Notes under the pieces: model-generated
The model's input: only the letters and a program-made list of their open reading frames with translations
What the model was told of the DNA's origin: nothing
The model's database searches: none
Program-made: the position numbers and the translations under genes
Source of the DNA: a virus
Taxonomy: Duplodnaviria; Caudoviricetes
Reading direction: 5' to 3' (one strand)
IMG/VR virus record: IMGVR_UViG_3300020148_000032
Length of the DNA: 64,000 nucleotides
Shown here: in pieces, positions 54,839-64,000 of the stretch
How the letters are laid out: every line of letters begins with the position of its first letter
Numbering within the stretch: the stretch's first letter is position 1

Positions 54839-57283
54839 CTACTCAAAATTTACTTGAACAGGCATACTAGAATTAGTCGTAGAATTATTACCGAGTTGAC
54901 CATTACCGTTAAGACCCCAAGTATATACTTTACCGTCGGAATCAAGGGCAAGGGAATGATGATTTCCCGCTGCTATTGTGGTTATTGTCTTGCCAGCGAG
55001 TACACCGCTAGTGTTAACTTGAACAGGTACGCTAGCACTAGTCGTAGAATTATTACCGAGTCGACCGGCACTGTTATTACCCCAAGCATAGACTTTACCT
55101 TCGGAATCAAGAGTGAGAGAATGATAACCGCCAGCTGCTATTGTGGTTATTGTTTTGCCAGCGAGTACACCGCTAGCGTTAACTTGAACAGGTACGCTAG
55201 AATTAGTCGTAGAATTATTACCGAGTTGACCGGAATCGTTACGACCCCAAGTATATACTTTACCGGCAGAATCAAGAGCCATAGAGTAATAGTCCCCCAC
55301 TGAGATTGCTGTTATTGTTTTGCCAGCGAGTACTCCGCTAGTGTTGACTTGAACAGGTATGTTAGAATTAGTAGTAGAATTATTACCGAGTTGACCGGAA
55401 TTGTTATAACCCCAAGCATAGACTTTACCTTCGGAATCAATCGCAAGAGAATAAGTACTGCCCGCTGCTATTGCGGTTATTGTTTTACCAGCGAGTACCC
55501 CGCTAGTGTAAACTTGAACAGGTACGCTAGAATTAGTCGGAGAATTATTACCGAGTTGACCATAACTGTTAAGACCCCAAGCGTAGACTTTACCGTCAGA
55601 ATCAATGGCAAGAGAATGAGCACCGCCACCGGAGATTGCGGTTATTGTCTTGCCAGCGAGTACACCGCTAGTGTCAACTTGAACAGGTACGCTAGAATTA
55701 CTCGTAGAATTATTACCGAGTCGACCAGAAGCGTTATTACCCCAAGCATAGACTTTACCTTCGGAATCAAGAGCCATAGAGTGATAGACTCCCGCTGCTA
55801 TTGCGGTTATTGTCTTGCCAGCGAGTACACCGCTAGTGTCAACTTGAACAGGTACACTAGAATCAGTCGTAGAATTATTACCGAGTTGACCATAACTGTT
55901 AAGACCCCAAGCATAAATTTTACCTTCGGAATCAAGAGCGAGGGAATGACTACCTCCTGCTGCTACCGAAACAATATTTGTAATATCTGGAAGATCATTC
56001 ACAGTCTTTTCAATTACTGGTGAGTAACCGGAAGAGTTATAGGCCGATACGCTTGCTTTAACTGTTGTTGCTGTTACTCCAGTCGGTCTGGAAATGTTCG
56101 TTGACGTTACTGATGAACTAACAGTGGTTTCTTCTGTAAAGACAATATTATTGCTAGAGTCGTATCCAGTGAGGGTTATTTTGTAGCCTTGGTGGTTAGA
56201 GTTGGTTGTGTCTGTCCATGTTATGTCGTAAGAGTGATTATTGTTAAGTACGTTTGGTGTTAGTTCTACATTGTCAACAGAATCAGGTGCGAGGATGATT
56301 TGTTCAATTTGACTAGTTTTTTTATCGCTACTTCCAAATCTATTAAGTGCTTCGACTCGAGCAATAGCGTATTTAACATCAGAACCATTAGTGCTAGTTA
56401 CAGTAGTTGAAAGGGTGTCGCCAACAGTTTTGCTAACAGAGCCAATATAATTTGGGTCAGTGTTATTCATCTGAATCACAATAGTTCCAAGGCTCGTACC
56501 TCCACTTGAAGGGTTGGCAGAGTACTCATCAACGGTTACTTGGTACCCAGTAATAGATGGGTCATTAGGGTCTTCCCATGTTACATCATAAACTAGGTTA
56601 GAGTCATTAAGTGAATATGAAAGATTCGCTTCAGGTGTTACTTGTGGGAGTAGAGCTCTTACTTGTGTGAGCGTGAAGTTTACACTGTTAAGGGGTATGT
56701 TTGTTTGCATGTTTTCGGTTGCAGTATCTTTGAACCATAATCGTAACTCAACAATTACATCAGTAATACTGCCGGGGGTAATCTCGAGATTTGATGCGAT
56801 GAGACTGTCTTGTATTGGAGCGTCAGCATAATTTGGACTTGAAAAAAGTATAGAGTAATTATCGTTAATGTTTATCCAAGAACCATTATTGATACGATAA
56901 TCAACTTCTATCTCGTTTGGAACAGTAGAATTTTGGAAATCAACAAGCAAATCGGCTAGAGCATGTTCTCCTTCGAGGGCTACTTGGACATCATATGTAC
57001 CGATAACAGTATCGCCCGGAACGATTCTGAAATCACTAATGTCTGTAATTGGCCCAGAAGCAGTCACTTTATCTAAGGACTCCTGAGAACCTTTACTTCC
57101 GTCTTTGAGAGATACGTCTTCCCAACTTGCATTAGTAACATTAAGATCAAGATTACCAGAATATATTTCTCCACCAGAAACTGTTGACTGGTCATTCCAA
57201 AGGGCGAATGTTCCACCGGCAGCAATTGCTGTAATAAGACCCAATCCTATTATTGTTGAGCCTTTAAGAATACTCTTATTCAT
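54839..57283 (-). CDS. Exported RER_14450/TasA-like protein with two FN3-like domains and 7-bladed RCC1 propeller
   Basis: AAGGTFALWND SipW-class signal; RCC1 repeats. Confidence 0.85.
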   Translation of the reverse strand: MNKSILKGSTIIGLGLITAIAAGGTFALWNDQSTVSGGEIYSGNLDLNVTNASWEDVSLKDGSKGSQESLDKVTASGPITDISDFRIVPGDTVIGTYDVQVALEGEHALADLLVDFQNSTVPNEIEVDYRINNGSWININDNYSILFSSPNYADAPIQDSLIASNLEITPGSITDVIVELRLWFKDTATENMQTNIPLNSVNFTLTQVRALLPQVTPEANLSYSLNDSNLVYDVTWEDPNDPSITGYQVTVDEYSANPSSGGTSLGTIVIQMNNTDPNYIGSVSKTVGDTLSTTVTSTNGSDVKYAIARVEALNRFGSSDKKTSQIEQIILAPDSVDNVELTPNVLNNNHSYDITWTDTTNSNHQGYKITLTGYDSSNNIVFTEETTVSSSVTSTNISRPTGVTATTVKASVSAYNSSGYSPVIEKTVNDLPDITNIVSVAAGGSHSLALDSEGKIYAWGLNSYGQLGNNSTTDSSVPVQVDTSGVLAGKTITAIAAGVYHSMALDSEGKVYAWGNNASGRLGNNSTSNSSVPVQVDTSGVLAGKTITAISGGGAHSLAIDSDGKVYAWGLNSYGQLGNNSPTNSSVPVQVYTSGVLAGKTITAIAAGSTYSLAIDSEGKVYAWGYNNSGQLGNNSTTNSNIPVQVNTSGVLAGKTITAISVGDYYSMALDSAGKVYTWGRNDSGQLGNNSTTNSSVPVQVNASGVLAGKTITTIAAGGYHSLTLDSEGKVYAWGNNSAGRLGNNSTTSASVPVQVNTSGVLAGKTITTIAAGNHHSLALDSDGKVYTWGLNGNGQLGNNSTTNSSMPVQVNFE
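54842..55970 (-). repeat. Seven 165-bp (55-aa) RCC1 tandem repeats
   Basis: TTGAACAGG recurs at 54854, 55019, 55184, 55349, 55514, 55679, 55844. Confidence 0.92.
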
Positions 57284-57532
57284 AGAATGAAACTCCAAAT
57301 TTATATAGCGCGCTTATATGTTGTCAATATCAAAAAAAGATAAAACTCTTAAAAGTCCTTAGAAAAGGAATATTTTCCAAGTCAGTCAGTGTTTATCAAT
57401 AGTTTTTAACAAAACATCAACATTTTAACGAGAAAACGCAGCTAAAACAGATCTCTCGCAAAGAAAAACCGCCCTAATGTGACAAATTTAACTCAATCGT
57501 GTCACACTAAAGCGGTTTTTGAAAGAAAAATA

Positions 57533-57823
57533 TTAATCATTCATCTTTTTCACAAAACCAAGAGCAGAAAGGATAGTCTCATTATTATAAACAGAGTTAC
57601 CCTTCTCCTTCAACTCTTTCACACTGCCAAGTTTACCACCAAAGAAAAGATTACCAACACCATGACCAAAAGGCCCAGCAACCTTATAAGGGTTCAACGG
57701 GTTAAGGGCTCTCACGCGATCAAGGTCAGCCGTGCGCTCAACTCCATCCTTATCAACAACAGTTACAGGACGAGGCTCTCCATCAAGAACCCACATAAAA
57801 TCATAAGAAGTTGCCATTATCAC
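57533..57823 (-). CDS. Hypothetical protein
   Basis: GGAG RBS. Confidence 0.7.
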   Translation of the reverse strand: MIMATSYDFMWVLDGEPRPVTVVDKDGVERTADLDRVRALNPLNPYKVAGPFGHGVGNLFFGGKLGSVKELKEKGNSVYNNETILSALGFVKKMND

Positions 57824-57964
57824 TCCAAAAATATTTTATACTCAATATATTATAACAAGAAGAAGAAATATCAAACAATCTCACGCAAAGAATACAAATC
57901 TTCATTCTTCTCAAAATCCCAAAATCTTTCCACAACATTTGAGTGAGTAGTTAAAAGGTTAGAT

Positions 57965-58876
57965 TCAGACATTATTTGCTACCTCTAATTCTTTATAAAA
58001 AGAATCAGCCGACTTCTTAGAAATCTTAAAATAATCAGCAATCTTACGCGCACTTAACTTATCAACATACGTAGAGAATACTCTTACCTCTTCCAAATCA
58101 AGCGGAATCACGTTAAAATCACGCACGCAAAAAATACATACTCTGCTATAACGATTCTCTCTATGAACCCGACAGTGAGCCGCCCATTCTTTCACATGAG
58201 AGTCATAAGTTTTAACTCCATTGACCTCTTGAACATGTTTTTGGCAAAACGAACGAGAATATTTCCTCTGAACCAGTTTAGAACAAAGAGGGTATTCACA
58301 CCGTTTATCGCTACTTATTACACCGTTTAATCGAGAATGACGCATACAATAACCATTACTTTTACTGCGCGATTGCTTACCGCATTCTTGATTCTTACAC
58401 AAAGCAGAACGCGAATCCTCATTCAACTCTTTAGCATGAACCTGGCAATATTGAAAATAATCTCCAGACCTTGCGACTCTCGCACATTCCTTCACAAGAC
58501 AAAGACCATCTTTAACTGTTAAGGAAAACCACGTTGATTCTAATGGATCCGAAAAGAATCTCTCTAAATAACGAATTGCTTTTGCTTGCTTTTCTGTAGT
58601 CCAAAGTTTATTATTTTTACTTTGATTGCAATAACGATGAGCATACTGAAGATTATCATTTGTATCTCCACCACCCAAAGACTTTGGAAGGATATGATCT
58701 ACAGTAAGGGATGCTGGATGAAACTTCTTGTTTATCTTTCCAGTATACACATTAGTAGGTATCGGTAAAAAACAAAGTCCACACAACAGACTAGAGTCTA
58801 AAACATATGAAGAGTCTATTTTATAAAGACTGTTAAAAGTCAGTATACTAGTCGTTACTTTCTTCAATTGGAGCAC
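57965..58876 (-). CDS. HNH endonuclease with Cys/His repeats (start uncertain)
   Basis: CGLC..VDHILP..GG..NLQYAHRYCN; repeated C..C..C..H. Confidence 0.8.
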   Translation of the reverse strand: MLQLKKVTTSILTFNSLYKIDSSYVLDSSLLCGLCFLPIPTNVYTGKINKKFHPASLTVDHILPKSLGGGDTNDNLQYAHRYCNQSKNNKLWTTEKQAKAIRYLERFFSDPLESTWFSLTVKDGLCLVKECARVARSGDYFQYCQVHAKELNEDSRSALCKNQECGKQSRSKSNGYCMRHSRLNGVISSDKRCEYPLCSKLVQRKYSRSFCQKHVQEVNGVKTYDSHVKEWAAHCRVHRENRYSRVCIFCVRDFNVIPLDLEEVRVFSTYVDKLSARKIADYFKISKKSADSFYKELEVANNV

Positions 58877-60026
58877 CTACTGCTCGTTGTCCGTTGTAAC
58901 TTGTATAATCAACCTTGTGATGCACACGATTGTACGTCACAGTGATCTTAGCGTAGTTCGGTTGTGCTCGGGCGAGTACTTTACCTTTGTCGAGAGTACC
59001 GAACTTCTTATAAACTTCAGTCAATCCACCGCCTGTTTGGGTCGCTTCACTGTTGTAAGAGATCCCCTCGAAGAGCATGTTAATGAGTCCGTGTTTTGAT
59101 AACTCTAGCGAGGTAATCACATCGTTATTATGTTGTCCAAGGTGATTTATTTGAGTCTTTGTAGAGCTTAAGTAATAAGAGTAAACCCTTGTCCCTAATT
59201 TCCACATGACTGGAAGACTGAAAACAATACCGAATTTTTCCAGCCCTATGAATCCTGGGTTGCGTATTTTTACGGCAAGGTTTTCAATAGAGTTCATGAA
59301 ATCTTTATAGTCAAAGCCGTATTCTTCTTTAATATCTGAACATCTGTAGTAATCAAACTTGTTGTAGATTTCACCTGGAGCCATTGTTTCGCTACCTTTT
59401 TTGGCTTTCATGGCTAAACCTATAAAATCATCGTCAAGTGTCCAGTAGTGACTTTCTCCGATACTTCGCGAGAATGCGAGTAAAAAGTTGTAAATACCTG
59501 CTGTACCATGCATGTAATCGGGTGATTTTATTGAAGATACTAAATCAATCATTGTTTCATCTCTGAATGATGGATCTCTTACGATAATATGTTTTGGGTC
59601 GTGGTATTGCTTGTATTTTGCGTATTGTGTTGGGTCTACTGCTATGTAGTAATTTTTGACACCGAATCTCTCAAGTACTTTTACTGTTTTAGTGTCTTGA
59701 TACCTCTCATAGGAGGGGATATAAATGTTGAACTTCATTCCGTATTTTTCTTCGAAACCTGTCATGCAAGAGGGTTCGAATGTTGGGGGAATGTAAGCAG
59801 TCTTTTCGACAAGCTCACCATTAAGGTTCCTGAAGAATACTGGAAAGGGAATATGTCCGTCGGCGATGATTTCTTTTAGAGCCTCAGCCTCTTTAAAGTA
59901 TTCTTTCTTGTTCGTTTCAATGACTTCTTCATCGCTGTAGTGTTTGACATTTTCTTTAAGGGTAACTGAACCGTATTCGTTTATTGTGTAGAATTCGGTT
60001 TCTTTTGGTTCTTTTTTCTGAATCAT
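58848..60026 (-). CDS. GT-A fold glycosyltransferase, GREB1/TAGT-like
   Basis: IYIPSYER, HYWTLDDD, NNDVITSL, TGGGLT. Confidence 0.7.
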   Translation of the reverse strand: MIQKKEPKETEFYTINEYGSVTLKENVKHYSDEEVIETNKKEYFKEAEALKEIIADGHIPFPVFFRNLNGELVEKTAYIPPTFEPSCMTGFEEKYGMKFNIYIPSYERYQDTKTVKVLERFGVKNYYIAVDPTQYAKYKQYHDPKHIIVRDPSFRDETMIDLVSSIKSPDYMHGTAGIYNFLLAFSRSIGESHYWTLDDDFIGLAMKAKKGSETMAPGEIYNKFDYYRCSDIKEEYGFDYKDFMNSIENLAVKIRNPGFIGLEKFGIVFSLPVMWKLGTRVYSYYLSSTKTQINHLGQHNNDVITSLELSKHGLINMLFEGISYNSEATQTGGGLTEVYKKFGTLDKGKVLARAQPNYAKITVTYNRVHHKVDYTSYNGQRAVGAPIEESND

Positions 60027-60027
60027 A

Positions 60028-61281
60028 TTATCCCTCTAGATAGTCATTGTAGAGCTTGTGTGTGTCAATGTATTCGAGAGCCCATTCTTGTGGATCCTCA
60101 CCGGCAGGAATTTCTACACTTTCGTTAGTGAGAATGTTGATGAATTCTGCTGTACCGTTTTCGATATCAACTTTTAACATTTCTTCAAGAGCAGTTTCAA
60201 TTGCTCGTTGTTTTTTAATGTCTGCAACTTTTGCTTGTGTTGTACGGCGAGATTTCTGAGTACCATAATATTCATCTGGGTCTACGCCAAGAGTTTTGAT
60301 TCTGTGCTCATCATAATTATTTGTGATGATTTCGGCTCGTTCTTTCATTTCTTCAACATTTTTTGCAATTTCTTCCTTTGCGTCATATGTTTTGACAAAA
60401 TCTTCAGGGTTTGGTTGCATGTCAAAGAGAGAGAACATGTCTGCAGTCTTTCGTGGGCTCTTTTGAGCGGCGATTGCTTTTTTGCGTTCTTCCTCCTCTT
60501 TAATCTCTCGTGTTCTGTCAGCAGCCCATTCGGCAAGAGGTTTACTTTGAACGTATTCGCTCATTTGTGCGTTGTCAGAGTCAAGTCGGTAGTCAAGTAT
60601 TGTGTTACCGAAGTATGATACTGGGAGTATGTTATTACCGTAGAAACCGAGTGGTTCAAGTACTGGTCCAAGAGCTGGAATGTTGTCTACGTATTCATCA
60701 ACGTCAGAGTAAATCCATCGTTGGAATTCCTCCGAGCGGTTAATAACTAATCTTAGGAAGTCAGCTTTTTTGTTGCTGTCGTCTATCATAACTACCATGA
60801 TTGTATCTGAACCGTATCGTTTAGCAACTTCGTATCGTAAGTTACCGTCAATGATTTCATAACGACTGTTGATAAGGATCGGGTGAATGTATCCAGCGAC
60901 TTCGACTGCAGCTCTCACTTTTTCTACAGTATCAAAATTCATCCTCTTGTATTTGTTATTTGGAGTGATCTTTCGAAGTTCCATCGGTCCAAAATAGAGT
61001 ACATTGACATGGTCTGAGTCTTCATCAATGGTTGTTGACTCTACCTCATTATTGTGGTCAATGATGGAAAGTTTTGGCATGGTAAGTGAAATGTTAACGG
61101 TGACCGTTATACCTTTGAATGCGAACCAGCTTTCGATATATTCACTTACGTTTCTAATCTCTGTGTGGAGTTTTCCAGTGACGATATACCCAGCTTTATC
61201 TTTAATGATGTTGAGTACACCGTCAATGTTTTTATCTTCTTTTTGAAGATCTTGCAATAATTCTTTTTTTAAATTTTCCAT
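60028..61281 (-). CDS. ParB/Srx-like domain protein
   Basis: GYIHPILIN..IIDGNLRYEVAK..LRLVINR. Confidence 0.75.
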   Translation of the reverse strand: MENLKKELLQDLQKEDKNIDGVLNIIKDKAGYIVTGKLHTEIRNVSEYIESWFAFKGITVTVNISLTMPKLSIIDHNNEVESTTIDEDSDHVNVLYFGPMELRKITPNNKYKRMNFDTVEKVRAAVEVAGYIHPILINSRYEIIDGNLRYEVAKRYGSDTIMVVMIDDSNKKADFLRLVINRSEEFQRWIYSDVDEYVDNIPALGPVLEPLGFYGNNILPVSYFGNTILDYRLDSDNAQMSEYVQSKPLAEWAADRTREIKEEEERKKAIAAQKSPRKTADMFSLFDMQPNPEDFVKTYDAKEEIAKNVEEMKERAEIITNNYDEHRIKTLGVDPDEYYGTQKSRRTTQAKVADIKKQRAIETALEEMLKVDIENGTAEFINILTNESVEIPAGEDPQEWALEYIDTHKLYNDYLEG

Positions 61282-61289
61282 TGTTGTCC

Positions 61290-62153
61290 TTATGAGAGAG
61301 TTTCTGGTAAGTCACAAATCGGGTGAGCGGTAAGTGTAAAACCCGGTAGGAAGTTTTTCCCTTCAGGTATTTCTACTATTTTACCAAAGAGTGGGAATTC
61401 TAGAGCACCTTTTTTGTAATGAGAGACTAGAGCTTCGGCAAGTTCGCTCAGGGTAATAGTATTCACTGGGTGAAACAACTCATATGTTCTTGTGCTTCCT
61501 AGTTCGAGAGTAGCAGCGAGTTCTGAGGCTTTAAGCAGCCCTCTTATTACGTCTCGTACATGTAATAGGTTAATCTTCTGATCCGCTGGTGAATTAAAAC
61601 TAAAGGTGTCTCCATTTTTAAGAGTGTTAGAAGCAAGATTGTGTACTTTTACTCGCCAGTCATTCGGGCCGTAAGTGTCTGGAAGAGTGAGGAAGACAGA
61701 TCGCACTTTAAAAGATGCAGCAAGAACTTCAACAGCTTTTTTAGTGGCCGCGTAAACTGTTGCTGGATGATATTCTCCGTTTTTGTCATATGCGGAGAAT
61801 GTTGAGGTAGAAACGAAAGTCGCTTGGGGGTTTCGCTCTGAAAGTTTTTGAAGTAAGTGAGTGCTGTAAATAATGTTACTTTCAACGAGTTTGTTAACAG
61901 TATCAGAATCGTCCCTAGTGTTATAGAGGGCAGCGAGGTGGAAAACTGCATCAATGTTCTCTACCACTGAGTCTAAACTCTCCGCAGTGCCGTCATAATA
62001 ATATGAGGTCACTTGATCAAGTATTTCATTTTTAACATGATGTGGGTAACTTCCAGCCCTGTAGAGAACGCTTACTTCGTGACCTTTTTTAAGTAGTTCT
62101 TCAACAAGTTGTGAACCAATGTAACCATTACCGCCGGTGACAAGATATTTCAT
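61290..62153 (-). CDS. NAD-dependent sugar epimerase/4-reductase (extended SDR)
   Basis: GGNGYIG, HLAA, YAATK, DTYGP. Confidence 0.88.
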   Translation of the reverse strand: MKYLVTGGNGYIGSQLVEELLKKGHEVSVLYRAGSYPHHVKNEILDQVTSYYYDGTAESLDSVVENIDAVFHLAALYNTRDDSDTVNKLVESNIIYSTHLLQKLSERNPQATFVSTSTFSAYDKNGEYHPATVYAATKKAVEVLAASFKVRSVFLTLPDTYGPNDWRVKVHNLASNTLKNGDTFSFNSPADQKINLLHVRDVIRGLLKASELAATLELGSTRTYELFHPVNTITLSELAEALVSHYKKGALEFPLFGKIVEIPEGKNFLPGFTLTAHPICDLPETLS

Positions 62154-62702
62154 TTAGCGACCTACTTTTCTAGCAAATTCTGAGAAACTTTCTAACTCAA
62201 GATCGCGCGGACTTAAGAGCGCTTCCTCTTTAGTGATCCCCCAATTTAAGGGTAATTCAGTGTCGAATGGGTCAATTCCAGTATCTCCACCCGGAGAGAA
62301 GTCGGCTCCAGCGAGGTACAAAACTTTAGTGTAATCCTCAAGTGCGCGATAACCTAAAGCCCATTTTCCTGGAACGTAAAGTCTTTCTTCAGTTTCGACA
62401 GTAAGATTATATTCTCTCACCTCTCCGAATTCTGGAAGAGTTTCATCACAACATAAAACCCTTACTAATAATCCCTCTTTTGGACCAGTAATAAGTTTAA
62501 TAATCTTTGGTTGTGGAACATCAGATTGAAAGTGCATTCCACGGATAGTGTTCTTGTTGTTAGTAGTCATGAAAACTTCTTTGATTTCAAAACCTGGTAC
62601 TTCTATTTTTTCTGGAGTTTTACCGAAGAATTTCCGGTGAGAACCCCTTACATCATAATGAACAGAGTTTTCTACTAGAGCGGGATAAAGTGGGAGTGTC
62701 AT
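62154..62702 (-). CDS. RmlC-family NDP-4-keto-6-deoxysugar 3,5-epimerase
   Basis: DVRG, RGMHFQ, LSPRD. Confidence 0.85.
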   Translation of the reverse strand: MTLPLYPALVENSVHYDVRGSHRKFFGKTPEKIEVPGFEIKEVFMTTNNKNTIRGMHFQSDVPQPKIIKLITGPKEGLLVRVLCCDETLPEFGEVREYNLTVETEERLYVPGKWALGYRALEDYTKVLYLAGADFSPGGDTGIDPFDTELPLNWGITKEEALLSPRDLELESFSEFARKVGR

Positions 62703-62758
62703 GTGAGGCCTTTCCTAGTATCGCTTTATTCTATTTTAACAAAGTTTTCCGCAAAAAC

Positions 62759-62787
62759 TTTTATAGCACCCCGAAGGGTGCTATAAA
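62759..62787 (-). terminator. Terminator hairpin
   Basis: TTTATAGCACCC-TTCG-type stem. Confidence 0.7.
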
Positions 62788-62798
62788 TTTTGAGAGAT

Positions 62799-63350
62799 TT
62801 AGACGTAAGCCTCTGAGAGGACCTTAATTAAAGCCTCTTGAAGCCTTTCTCTACGTGGTTGAGAGTCAATATAGAAGTTTGCAATTTTTGGTTGCTTCAT
62901 TCCTGCCTCTTCTGGAGTCTTGTCCTTCTTCCTACCATTACAGTCTGAACAAGCAGTGACAAGGTTGCCCCAAGTGTTCTTACCTCCACGTGACTTTGGG
63001 AATACGTGATCTATTGTGTCACCGTATTCTCCACAGTATTGACAAGTGTAGTTATCCCTCTTGTGAATGATGTTCTTCGCAACATCAGTCTCATTAGTGA
63101 CATACTTCTTTTGAGGTCCAGAAACTCGACCGACATACCTGTTAAGGCAAACCACGAGTGGGCGAGGAATGTTCACTTTTTGGCTTCTGATGAGAGAACC
63201 GTCTGAACGAGGAATAAGAGTGTAGGCCTTATTAGTCATTAAGAGCGTAACAGCATCTGTCCATTCAACTGTCCCGTTGACTTGCATTGCAGAGTCAACG
63301 ATAAGAACAGTGTTTTCGTGTATTTCCTTTTCAAGTATTTCGGTAGTCAT
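62799..63350 (-). CDS. HNH endonuclease (McrA-like)
   Basis: RDNYTCQYCG..TIDHVFPKSRGG..WGNLVTAC..CN. Confidence 0.9.
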   Translation of the reverse strand: MTTEILEKEIHENTVLIVDSAMQVNGTVEWTDAVTLLMTNKAYTLIPRSDGSLIRSQKVNIPRPLVVCLNRYVGRVSGPQKKYVTNETDVAKNIIHKRDNYTCQYCGEYGDTIDHVFPKSRGGKNTWGNLVTACSDCNGRKKDKTPEEAGMKQPKIANFYIDSQPRRERLQEALIKVLSEAYV

Positions 63351-63430
63351 TTCTTTTTTCTCTTTTCGATTGTGTCCCCTTTCGAGGGTCTTTTCCCTAT
63401 ATGTATATGATAAATCCAGAAGTTATTATC

Positions 63431-64000
63431 TTATATGTTTTCTTCATTTTTGTCAAATCCTCTCGACGCTATAGTATTCATAATGTTTGAAGCATCGTAA
63501 TTCTCGATATCTTCATTATTTAACCTTGCACGCATTGTTTTAAATATAATGTCTCTTTCCAATGCGCCCAAGTCTTTAGGTAAACCAAGAACGAAGTCTT
63601 TCATGACTTGTTTTTTATCACCTGAAAGTTTTTCCTGAGGTATTGCTTTCACATAATTAATACCTTTTTCAAGATCTTTAGCTACAGGAAGTACAAGATC
63701 ATTGAATCTTTTCTCTCGCAATTCTTGAAGATCTTTGAATTCTTTTAACTCTTCCACAAAGATAGTATCTTTAATAGAAGGTATGTTGTAAAGATTTCCA
63801 GTTCTTGAGCTTTCAATAAGATCTTTATATGTCACTTTAGTTTCCCTTACAGTATCCCTTACATTCTTCATGCTGAAGTTAGTCATGAGTTTGTGTAACT
63901 TAAGATAATCATCTTGCTTGATCTTAATTTGGAATTGCTTTTCTGGAGTGTCACTAAGAATTCTTACAACGACACCTTCTCTACCCTTGCGATGAGGGAG
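63431..64000 (-). CDS. C-terminal part of T4 Rnl1-like RNA ligase (runs off window)
   Basis: Frame open to window end: REGVVVR..IKIKQDDYLKLHKLMT (motifs IV and V). Confidence 0.75.
   Translation of the reverse strand, partial: LPHRKGREGVVVRILSDTPEKQFQIKIKQDDYLKLHKLMTNFSMKNVRDTVRETKVTYKDLIESSRTGNLYNIPSIKDTIFVEELKEFKDLQELREKRFNDLVLPVAKDLEKGINYVKAIPQEKLSGDKKQVMKDFVLGLPKDLGALERDIIFKTMRARLNNEDIENYDASNIMNTIASRGFDKNEENI

Noticed and set aside
54842-55970. CRISPR array or DGR target
   Set aside because: In-frame 165-bp protein repeats; no spacers, reverse transcriptase or template repeat in window
15362-63474. Plus-strand and nested ORFs, including 54779 and 55349
   Set aside because: Antisense or alternate-frame shadows of well-supported minus-strand genes
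15128-64000. Stop-codon reassignment
   Set aside because: Genes are full length in code 11 and end in TAA, TAG and TGA

Overview
AT-rich DNA with almost every gene on the minus strand. It looks like part of a jumbo phage (or phage-like megaplasmid) of an actinobacterial host: class Ib nrdE, nucS, short-variable-arm tRNA-Leu genes, PASTA/G5 proteins and RER_14450-type exported proteins. No virion genes lie in the window. Bases 1-14.6 kb are a giant tRNA array: 49 recognisable tRNA genes for 19 amino acids (no Cys), only 4 with encoded CCA, including rare Leu(AAG), Thr(AGT) and Ile(TAT). The array also holds a CCA-adding enzyme, two homing-endonuclease-like genes and several aberrant tRNAs. The most striking signal is in the spacers: five circularly permuted tRNA-mimic RNAs (T-arm, then loop-capped acceptor stem, then D-loop, with no anticodon; YrlA/Y-RNA-like topology) and several other multi-hairpin or kissing-loop ncRNA candidates. 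Bases 15-64 kb encode replication/repair genes (dnaB, loader, dnaN, holA-like, recA, recG, Pif1, SbcD, nucS, nrdE) and tRNA maintenance enzymes (TrmH and two RNA ligases). They also encode a cell-envelope set (class A PBP, PASTA-only protein, NlpC/P60, signal peptidase, Cys-less DsbA-like, RCC1-repeat exported protein), a MoxR-vWA pair, and a CDP-6-deoxysugar + ParB + glycosyltransferase set suggestive of DNA hypermodification. All RNA folds were done by eye and all protein calls rest on motif recognition; no searches were run.
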